A stretch of 24,069 bases of DNA from Candidatus Bathyarchaeota archaeon (GTDB lineage: Archaea > Thermoproteota > Bathyarchaeia > Bathyarchaeales > Bathycorpusculaceae), in assembly GCA_963826715.1 (NCBI GenBank), contig CAWGYA010000004.1, forward strand, positions 1 through 24,069, given 5' to 3'. Both the position numbers and the translations under genes were made by a program. Under the pieces are notes generated by a model. That model was given only the letters and a program-made list of their open reading frames with translations, was not told where the DNA came from and did no database searches. Of the stretch, positions 16,591-24,069 are shown piece by piece; the stretch's first letter is position 1, and each line of letters opens with the position of its first letter.

Positions 16591-19431
16591 TTACCGCTTC
16601 TTAGTAAATAGTAGAGCCAGTACAATTCCGACTGCAATGATAGTGATTATTATCGCTATGATTCCCGGCATCAAAATTGGATCAGACGCGGTCACTTGTT
16701 GTGGGTGGTCTGTTAGTGTTGCTCCTTCAGGTTCTACTGCAAATGAGGTTACTGCCCTTGATGGCCAATTCCCGTTGTTTCCAGCAAATTGTGCGTATAC
16801 TCTATAATCGCCAGGTATGTCTGGTTTCCATGAAAAAGTATAGTATCCGTTTTCATCGGTTGGTGCAGTGCCTATTGCTCTGTAGTTGCCGTTTGCATCG
16901 AGGACATAAAGTTGTACCGAAACGCCTGTAAAGTCTGTAGGCATTGGCTTTTGTTGGTAGACATAAGCCATCCAGTCAGCCATGCTTGCATCTGATGAAA
17001 CTGGAACGCCATGTGGGAATTTTGCTGTTTGTTGCGTTTGTTCTGTGCCGGCTGAGGTGTCTAATACTGTTCCGCTTAGAACAACTGTGTTACCGAAGGT
17101 TAATCCTGCTTTGGGTGCTTCCACGGTTATTGCGCTTGACCCCCGGCCTACTACATATATAGAGTTGTCATATCCATTAAACCATGTAGAGTATCCGTCT
17201 GCAACTGCATAGCTTGTGCTTGAACCTCCACCGCCAGTGTATGATGAGAGAGTCCATATTTCTGTGCCATCAGTAGCGTTAATTGCTCGTGCTAGAGATC
17301 CTTTGAATATTGGGTTAAGTATTGTGTGTTCGGTTGTTTCTGTGTATACTACGCCGTTTGCAATAGCAGTGATGTAAGTAGGATAGGCTCCATACCCGCC
17401 ATTGAAACCAGCGTAGGTGCTATTGCCTTCGCCGCCGTTGCCATAAGTCCAGAGTAATTCTCCAGTTTGAGCATCGCGACAATACATTATCCCTGCAAAA
17501 CCGACGCTATAGAGTTTGTCATAAGCAAGTTGTGCAACTAGGTTGCCGCCGAAATCGTTTCCGTAGTAGTCAAAAGCTGTTTGAGGTTCTACAGGACCCC
17601 ATATTTTGTCTCCAGTATCCATACTGTATCCAACATATCTCATTTCTTCCTTGTAGACTTCTAAGAAGACACGAGATGTTGGGTCTATTCCGCCAAATAG
17701 TACAGTTATGTTGTTTGCTGGGGGGTTGTATGTTTTTGTCCAAAGGATGCTGCCTACTGCACCTCTGTGTGAATCGAGGTTTACTGCAAAGTATGTGTAT
17801 GGTGTCCAACTTGGTGCATAGAATGAGGTGCCGATTGACGGTAAGCTTCCGTTTCTGCATAGAAGCATGTCTCCGCTGAATGCGCCTATGACTGTTACTG
17901 GGTTACTTGCTCCTGTTCCGTAAGCTACGGTTCCGTCTGATAGAATTGTTAGAGTTTGCTGGTTCATTACGTTTAGCCATGGTATAGAAACGTTCCAGTC
18001 ATAGCTATAGATGGAGCTTTCTTGGTTAACAACGTTCGCGTAAATCATATAATTGTTGGTAGCGGGTTCATTTGGATCTTTTCCTGCTGGAACACTGCAA
18101 ACAGCTTGTGGAACATTTGCGTATGCAGCATCAGCACCGGATAAGGTTCTGCCGTTGGTATAGGAATAGTTGTAAAGTGTCGGGCTGTTTATGTTTAGAC
18201 CTGTCCATGGATTGGTAACTGTCGCCCAGATTCTAGAGCTGTTCCATTGGCTTAGATACCATTGTGGATTAGTTGCGTTTCCAGAATTCATGAAAACGTA
18301 TCGGAGTATTTCGCCATTTGGTCCCATTGATGCTGATCCGGAAGGAACGCCTGTTACATTAAAGAGTGGATAACCAGTAAATGCGTCAAATGCTTGTGCA
18401 AAGTTTGATGTGAATAGAATTGGTGGGTAAGTACCGTGCTGGTTGGGATTCCAAAGGTTGTAGATGTATCCAAAGGATAGTGAAGGTATTTGTGTGCTGC
18501 TCCAGACTATTTGGCCTGTTTGAAGATCGACGCAGTATGTTTTTCCTGCCTCACTTCCTGTGAAGTCAACTGGTTCGGTGTAGTATAGAAATCCGTCCAT
18601 TATGATTGGGTTGCGGTATCTGTTGTTGTAGGCTGAGCCTTCAAAGTAGTTTACTCCAGGTGCATCTGGGAATTGATTGCCTCCGACGGTTCCGCCGTTT
18701 TGTATTTCTTTGGTCCACATAATGTGGGAGGTGAGAGAGCCTACTGCGTCGGGAACATAGACGTTATGGAAGTAGTTTTCTGCCCAGAATTGTGGGTTTC
18801 CTGTCCCGAGCCAGTTTGATGCTATGGTGAACCAGTTAGAGTTTTCGCTGTATATTGGTCTGGTCCAGTATTCAGTTGGCAGAGGAAAGCCTGTTATTTC
18901 TGATGGAATTGGATCTTCCTGAACTGTAAGTGTTGTTGATGCTGAACTAGGCAGGTATGTGTCATTTACAAGTATTGAAGTGGGGTCATGGCTATATTGT
19001 GCATATGCTTGTCCGGGGAAAGTGAAGTTGAAGGTGTATGTGCCAACTTGACTTGGTGCAAACTTAAATTGCTGAGAGGATGTTGTGTCAGCGATATAGT
19101 CAAAGTTCTGAGTTGTCTTAGTGCCGTCTGGAGCTGTGATTACAATTTGGTAATTGTGGAATCTATAATCGTTGTAGATTCCAGCAAAACTGTTTGTTTC
19201 TCCTAGTCTTCTGGCAGCTGCTCCAAAGGTGAGATCAAGCCAAGCGTATACGACTACTGATTGACCTACACCGACTGGGTCTGGCATTGCCACTATGTAA
19301 GCGTGTGTTGGGAACTCCCAAGATGGATCATGAGCTTTTGTTGTTGGTAAAGTTGCAAGTACTGAAATCATTGATACAGTTAAAAGCAAAATTAGTATAG
19401 CGATTTGTGCTATGTTCTTTTGTTTTTTCAT
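16591..19431 (-). CDS. secreted, C-terminally anchored PQQ-like beta-propeller repeat surface protein (Bathyarchaeia-type)
   Basis: Signal peptide MKKQKNIAQIAILILLLTVS, repeated xDxxTGxxxW blades (VDLQTGQIVW, MDTGDKIW, DAQTGELLW, NATDGTEIW), Ig-like end domains, C-terminal TM helix followed by KKR. Confidence 0.9.
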   Translation of the reverse strand: MKKQKNIAQIAILILLLTVSMISVLATLPTTKAHDPSWEFPTHAYIVAMPDPVGVGQSVVVYAWLDLTFGAAARRLGETNSFAGIYNDYRFHNYQIVITAPDGTKTTQNFDYIADTTSSQQFKFAPSQVGTYTFNFTFPGQAYAQYSHDPTSILVNDTYLPSSASTTLTVQEDPIPSEITGFPLPTEYWTRPIYSENSNWFTIASNWLGTGNPQFWAENYFHNVYVPDAVGSLTSHIMWTKEIQNGGTVGGNQFPDAPGVNYFEGSAYNNRYRNPIIMDGFLYYTEPVDFTGSEAGKTYCVDLQTGQIVWSSTQIPSLSFGYIYNLWNPNQHGTYPPILFTSNFAQAFDAFTGYPLFNVTGVPSGSASMGPNGEILRYVFMNSGNATNPQWYLSQWNSSRIWATVTNPWTGLNINSPTLYNYSYTNGRTLSGADAAYANVPQAVCSVPAGKDPNEPATNNYMIYANVVNQESSIYSYDWNVSIPWLNVMNQQTLTILSDGTVAYGTGASNPVTVIGAFSGDMLLCRNGSLPSIGTSFYAPSWTPYTYFAVNLDSHRGAVGSILWTKTYNPPANNITVLFGGIDPTSRVFLEVYKEEMRYVGYSMDTGDKIWGPVEPQTAFDYYGNDFGGNLVAQLAYDKLYSVGFAGIMYCRDAQTGELLWTYGNGGEGNSTYAGFNGGYGAYPTYITAIANGVVYTETTEHTILNPIFKGSLARAINATDGTEIWTLSSYTGGGGSSTSYAVADGYSTWFNGYDNSIYVVGRGSSAITVEAPKAGLTFGNTVVLSGTVLDTSAGTEQTQQTAKFPHGVPVSSDASMADWMAYVYQQKPMPTDFTGVSVQLYVLDANGNYRAIGTAPTDENGYYTFSWKPDIPGDYRVYAQFAGNNGNWPSRAVTSFAVEPEGATLTDHPQQVTASDPILMPGIIAIIITIIAVGIVLALLFTKKR

Positions 19432-19542
19432 TTTTCATCTTTTTTCATTCTCTTAAAATTTGTTAATAACATCTTGTGTATGTATTATACAGCAACAGTA
19501 AGAGCGCTAATGATGATAAATCTGTTCAGACTAAAGCGACAA

Positions 19543-20343
19543 TTAGAGTTGCTTTGCTTCAAGCCATAGGTTGTTGAAGTATGCTTGAATTATATAGACC
19601 ATTGTCGGATTCTTGAACCACAGATTTTCGGGTCTGGAGGGAAAAAGCATTGGAGAAAGACTAACTATCGCTTTGTTTCCATCACTTATTGTTATTGTTG
19701 ACCTCGGCGGGCAAACTGTTGCCCTTACTTCCATATTTGAATATTTTTTCATAAGATTTTTAATTATTCGCGGTAGTTTCTCATTTTCTTTAAAGAAAAT
19801 TAAGACGCGCAGTTTCAAACCCCTTTGTAGCAATGTGATCCATCTTTTGAAGATAGCAGTCCGATTTTGATAGTCTGATAAGAAAAAAACCATATCATGG
19901 CTGATTTTACCTGTTTCAAACATTTCCAGAAATTTTAGATTGGTTAATTTTCCTGCTGGGACCAGAGCGACCTGACAATCTAAATCAGTCATAAGTAGCA
20001 AGGTCTCATTTTTCTGATAATTTTCTATAACTTGTCTTGCTTTGATTTTTAATTCTGCTTGTTCGTTATCTCGATGTTTGATTAGCATTTCAATTCCTTG
20101 ACAAAGCGGCAAAGCCCTAAACAAACTAGGGTTGCCGATGATCTTTTCTACAAGCCTTAGATCCTTTAGTCTTTCTATTATGCGATACAGGTTTCCCCTG
20201 TCCATCTCGATTGTTGAAGCAATCTCTACTGCTTTTGCTTTTCCTAATTTGACAAGTGTAATGTAGACTGCGGCTTGATTCTTCGTAAGACCCAAACTAG
20301 TCAATAAATTCTCTTCTTCTTTTTCTACAGAAAGAGTAGTCAT
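19543..20343 (-). CDS. TrmB-family transcriptional regulator
   Basis: N-terminal wHTH LTSLGLTKNQAAVYITLVKLG...RGNLYRIIERLKDLRLVE, C-terminal effector domain ending YFNNLW. Confidence 0.9.
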   Translation of the reverse strand: MTTLSVEKEEENLLTSLGLTKNQAAVYITLVKLGKAKAVEIASTIEMDRGNLYRIIERLKDLRLVEKIIGNPSLFRALPLCQGIEMLIKHRDNEQAELKIKARQVIENYQKNETLLLMTDLDCQVALVPAGKLTNLKFLEMFETGKISHDMVFFLSDYQNRTAIFKRWITLLQRGLKLRVLIFFKENEKLPRIIKNLMKKYSNMEVRATVCPPRSTITISDGNKAIVSLSPMLFPSRPENLWFKNPTMVYIIQAYFNNLWLEAKQL

Positions 20344-20572
20344 TATTTAACTTCTCAGTATTTTCTCCAGTACAAATATCGGTCTATTTTGTTTTTAAGT
20401 TTTATCTAATTACTGCAATTTCGAAATTGTCTCTTTATAAAAAATTAGCTGAAAAAAGAGATAAGTACGATTGCTATCTGTTTTTCTTCTGCAACAAATC
20501 AAGATGTTTCAGTTTCGTTTCAGCCAACTACTATACCGGCGTATGACCATAGTAGTATATGGTGATAAACAC

Positions 20573-20869
20573 ATGCAAAAAACTAAAATCGTAATTGCCT
20601 TGGTCGCTGTTTCTGCGTTGACTTTGGCTCTTGTTGGATTAGCAGCAGCCCAAATAAGCACTAACCAAACAAACCCCGAAACAGTGCCCAATGATGGATT
20701 TTGGGGATGGATAGGCAACTGCTTTGGATATGGAGCAAACCACGCCTACGCAAACCAGTACAGTGCGCCTCAGGCACCAACTGGCGGCTCCGTTCCAGCG
20801 CCTGCACCCATTCAAGGCGGCTACGGCAACGCATACGGCTATGGTTATAGTCCTTGCTGGGCAAGATAA
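20573..20869 (+). CDS. small secreted Gly/Tyr/Pro-rich protein (98 aa)
   Basis: RBS GGTGA at 20561-20565 before ATG 20573, signal peptide MQKTKIVIALVAVSALTLALVGLAAA, C-terminal GYGYSPCWAR, T-rich terminator downstream. Confidence 0.8.
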   Translation: MQKTKIVIALVAVSALTLALVGLAAAQISTNQTNPETVPNDGFWGWIGNCFGYGANHAYANQYSAPQAPTGGSVPAPAPIQGGYGNAYGYGYSPCWAR

Positions 20870-21262
20870 ACCAAACACAAACCCTTTTTTAATTTACCAT
20901 TTTTAGTTTATAGACAATCAGTATTTCTATTTATCATGAAGGTTCTTTCTCAAGAAATACCAACTATGAAATTATTCCAATTTGGAAAAATATCACATAA
21001 TCCATAGTTAAACTAACTAAGCAAAGTTTTCTTTGGCTCACTTTCAGCGCCTAATAAAATAGCTTTAAGCTTTTAAGTGCTAACAGAAAAGTTGGGGCTA
21101 TAAGGAAAAATTCCTCTTCCGTGTGGGAAGTGACCGTTTATTTTTAAAAAAATAGTATATTTTATATTTCAAATGGGTGCTTATAAAGTTGGAATATGCT
21201 AACAGTTTGAGTTTTGCTTAAATTTTTAAGCGATAATATGTCCAATTAAAGGAGATAATTGA

Positions 21263-22255
21263 ATGCTTTACTATCATGTAGTTATAAACAAAAAGAGTGG
21301 AGAACAGCCTTTAGTATTTAGATTTAACTTATCAAAACACCAGATTGACGAGTTTACAGAAGCCTTCATGAAAAAGAGTTCATTTATGTTTGGTAAGTAT
21401 GTTATTCAGCCCTTGGAAATAGAAAGCATTAGAATAACTGAGACAGAGGAAAAGGCAAAGAAAATTTTGCTTAGCGGTTCAACAAGAAGAACCTTTGATA
21501 AAACAGTTTCAAAACTTTTTTTAGATTCATCTATTAGCGGGCCTCATATCGATGAATGGTATGTGATCAATTCTGGAAAAGATGTTACAAAAGATTTAAC
21601 AGCTAAACTTGGAAAAATAAAGGTATTAAAAACTGAGGATTTAACCCTCATAGATGCTCAAATTTCCTCAAGTCCTGATTTTTTAAGTAAGGATTTTGAC
21701 ATTCATATTGTAGAATGGAAAAAGCTGAATGATAAAATAACCAGTATACAAGCTGAAATGAAAAAATTTGGGATAGAATTCCTTGATGGGAATTCATTTA
21801 AGAGTTTTTGTGATAATCTTTCATCGAATTTGAAGCATCTTAATGATATCTGCCTTACAGGCTATTTTTCTGAGACAATAAGAACTGAACTTGAGAATAT
21901 TGCTTCAAATAGAGATCATCAGGTGCGATTAATTTCTACTGATTTCAATTTAGGGTCTAATAGAGACAAAAAAAACTTGAAGGCGTTGATGAAATTATCT
22001 AAATCTGGAGTTGAAGTTAGATTTAATTGTAGCCTCCGTGCTAGACTGCTTATTGCAAAAAACCCTTTAACTTCACTTTTAATTCTCGGGTCTTTTGATT
22101 ATGACACTGAATGTGTTGTAACAGAAAGATATGATGCTGGAATTAAAACAAGTCATCCTGACTTGGTTAATTCTGCAAGTGATTTCTTCGAAAAAGTGTG
22201 GAATGATTCTAAAACTCAAGATTTTAAACAATTTTTGAAGAATAAAAAAATCTGA
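21263..22255 (+). CDS. hypothetical protein with C-terminal degenerate PLD-like domain
   Basis: RBS AAGGAG upstream. LSKSGVEVRF..LRARLLI...LILGSFD...DAGI...FFEKVW follows the PLD pattern, but HxK is RAR. Confidence 0.8.
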   Translation: MLYYHVVINKKSGEQPLVFRFNLSKHQIDEFTEAFMKKSSFMFGKYVIQPLEIESIRITETEEKAKKILLSGSTRRTFDKTVSKLFLDSSISGPHIDEWYVINSGKDVTKDLTAKLGKIKVLKTEDLTLIDAQISSSPDFLSKDFDIHIVEWKKLNDKITSIQAEMKKFGIEFLDGNSFKSFCDNLSSNLKHLNDICLTGYFSETIRTELENIASNRDHQVRLISTDFNLGSNRDKKNLKALMKLSKSGVEVRFNCSLRARLLIAKNPLTSLLILGSFDYDTECVVTERYDAGIKTSHPDLVNSASDFFEKVWNDSKTQDFKQFLKNKKI

Positions 22256-22432
22256 TTGTCCTTGATTCATAGTACATAAGCATACACTTACAGGCTAATT
22301 CATTTTAGTGTGCGTTAAACTAATCTTTCCCATTTCTTGGTCTTAAAGAAGTATTGGAGAAGTGTGAAACTACTTTTATCCCTTGATTTTCTTCACAACT
22401 GAACGCTTAAATTCATGTTATTTTTTTTTATT

Positions 22433-22747
22433 TTAGCTGCTAACTAATAGCGGAATTACAGCTCTTAGCTCCACAAAATATTCCTTTAGTACCATTTCGC
22501 CCTTCCGAGTGATTCTATATTGTTTGCAAGCTCTTTTCGTGCCCACTTCCCACTTTGACTGTATTAGTCCTCGTTTTTCCAAACAGTTAAGTTCAGGATA
22601 TAGTGAAGATGACCCTAGTCGTACGCCATACTTTCGTTGAATCAACTTTAGAAGCCCATAGCCATGTAGACCCGCATCTGAGGCGTCGCTTATGAAATTA
22701 AGCAAAACGCTTTCCAGTAATGCTCCATGAAAAATGTTTTTGTTCAA
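22433..22747 (-). CDS. PadR-family transcriptional regulator
   Basis: LHGYGLLKLI...SSLYPELNCLEKRGLIQSKW...KQYRITRKG. Confidence 0.9.
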   Translation of the reverse strand: MNKNIFHGALLESVLLNFISDASDAGLHGYGLLKLIQRKYGVRLGSSSLYPELNCLEKRGLIQSKWEVGTKRACKQYRITRKGEMVLKEYFVELRAVIPLLVSS

Positions 22748-22957
22748 TTTTTTTCATCTCTCAAAACTTTCTCACTTGTCAACATATGAGAGTGAAGATA
22801 TGCGATATAAAAAAATGCTGTAGGCTAAACCCTACAACAAACAACTCAACCAATTCTTTGAGTAATAAATTGAGTTTTTCTAATTCTATATATTCTCACT
22901 ATCTACGTCGACTGTCCAATATGTGGCAAACCACTAAAAACACATTATAAAATAGGA

Positions 22958-23293
22958 CTATACGCTGTAATCATCTTCTAGTATATGACGCAATTCGTGC
23001 TCCAAACTTTTCTGCAAGGGCGCAGATTGCTTAATGAAAATGACCAATTATTCATTAACCTTGAAAGAGAAGGCTTTGATAAAGGAGTTATCAAAGTTTA
23101 TCCCATACTCTCTAACTCTTGAATCTTTAACGCCGGGATTTTTCTGGACAATATTTAGCATATACTCAAAATCTTTTTCGTTTAAAGTAAAGGCATGAGC
23201 TTCCGGCAAAGGCTTATCTGAGATGCTCTTCCAGATATTTGCAAGCATTTTTTCGGATATGCTTTTAATTGATGGGAGTTCAGGGATATTCAA
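22958..23293 (-). pseudogene. small HExxH metallopeptidase-like gene with in-frame TAA at 23048-23050
   Basis: Reading through the stop gives ...FKVNE*LVIFIKQSAPLQKSLEHELRHILEDDYSV*, with HELRH at 22985-22999. Confidence 0.6.
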
Positions 23294-23422
23294 TATCTCA
23301 ACCCGTATTTTTGTTTAATCGCGACCGTTATCGTCTCTATGAATTTAATCTCTAAATAACTTTAAGCTTATCAATCTAAAAATAGCTTCATTATTGACAA
23401 GCTTAAATTCTTTGATTCATAA

Positions 23423-23818
23423 ATGTATGTAGGTATTTTTATGACTGGGTTTCCAATTGATAAATGCCAAATTGTCTGGCAAAAAGATGTCACCTCTGAG
23501 GAGGAGCGAAAAGCGATCCTAAAAGAGCTCCTCACGATGGCTGTTGAATTTCAAGAAGCTATAGATTTCACTGTAAAGTTGAGCAACAGAAAAACTAACG
23601 AAGTTAAATTTTGGCTAGAGACAGAGATGGAAACAGATTTCACCCTCTCAGTTTATTATGACTCTCACCCGCAAGCTTGGGGCATGCTAATTGAGAAAAT
23701 GCCAACCGAAAACACTCCACCTCAAGTAGTAGGGGAAATAGCCTGCATAGATCCATTGACCTTTAGCATTATCGAAAAAGAAAACATTTTAAAAACAGAA
23801 CCCCTAAAAAGCCCATAA
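23423..23818 (+). CDS. hypothetical protein (alternative start ATG 23441)
   Basis: 131-aa ORF with globular composition and no recognisable motif. Confidence 0.65.
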   Translation: MYVGIFMTGFPIDKCQIVWQKDVTSEEERKAILKELLTMAVEFQEAIDFTVKLSNRKTNEVKFWLETEMETDFTLSVYYDSHPQAWGMLIEKMPTENTPPQVVGEIACIDPLTFSIIEKENILKTEPLKSP

Positions 23819-23847
23819 CAGTGCCCTTTTTACATGGGTGTTTTTGC

Positions 23848-23958
23848 TCAGTTCTTTTTGGCTTTGGGGCATTGTTCGCCTATGCACCATCCATATCTTT
23901 GAATGGTTCTGCAGCTGTAGGATCTAACTTCACCTTTTTGGTAAGCGATTTGGGCATG
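23848..23958 (-). pseudogene. orphan fragment resembling primase large-subunit (PriL-like) Fe-S C-terminus
   Basis: Minus frame HAQIAYQKGEVRSYSCRTIQRYGWCIGEQCPKAKKN*. SCxTxxxYGxC-x4-C matches the PriL C-terminal pattern. The frame is closed upstream by TAA at 23998-24000. Confidence 0.45.
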
Positions 23959-24069
23959 TAAGCAAGGGAAGAAATAACTCAAGAATAAACAATGAAATTA
24001 AAGATAGTTTAAGCAGAAAGCGCATTTCTGTTTCAATGCAGTTTGTTACACCCATAGATTAAATTTTAA

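Noticed and set aside
13441-19870. Numerous plus-strand ORFs inside the kinase, beta-propeller and TrmB genes
   Set aside because: Antisense shadows of well-supported genes.
20471-20572. Longer N-terminus for the small secreted protein
   Set aside because: The RBS and signal peptide point to ATG 20573.
22745-22757. Out-of-frame ATG followed by A7 just upstream of the PadR TTG (possible slip or indel)
   Set aside because: The TTG start already gives a complete PadR, so nothing requires a frameshift.
22720-22950. 76-aa plus-strand ORF
   Set aside because: Overlaps the PadR start and promoter, low-complexity Asn/Ser composition, no RBS.

Overview
Archaeal genomic DNA, most likely Bathyarchaeia. 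This is inferred from the secreted PQQ-like beta-propeller protein, TrmB and PadR regulators, REC/PAS histidine kinases with HDxxNKL or GHDIRNPL H-boxes, and GGTGA/GAGGTG ribosome-binding sites. The window is an accessory mosaic with no core housekeeping genes. In order it holds: a CheB-CheR-PAS-histidine kinase fusion surrounded by degenerate tRNA-3'-end-like scraps; two coupled hypothetical genes (a two-domain Cys-rich protein and a cupredoxin-like protein); an NPP1/NLP-like gene; a virus/MGE-like operon (8964-11661) ending in ParB-like, ABC-ATPase and GNAT genes; two sensor kinases; a beta-propeller surface protein with TrmB; a degenerate-PLD protein; PadR; and two decayed genes. Two signals stand out and are not in the ORF track. 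(1) A candidate programmed -1 frameshift (A-AAA-AAA at 11185-11191 plus a GC hairpin 7 nt downstream) would fuse the ABC ATPase to its GNAT. (2) An intergenic minus-strand structured RNA (about 16422-16529) is closed by a strict bulge-helix-bulge motif, predicting an 88-nt excised and possibly circular RNA carrying anti-Shine-Dalgarno-like sequence. All family assignments come from motif reading, not database searches.
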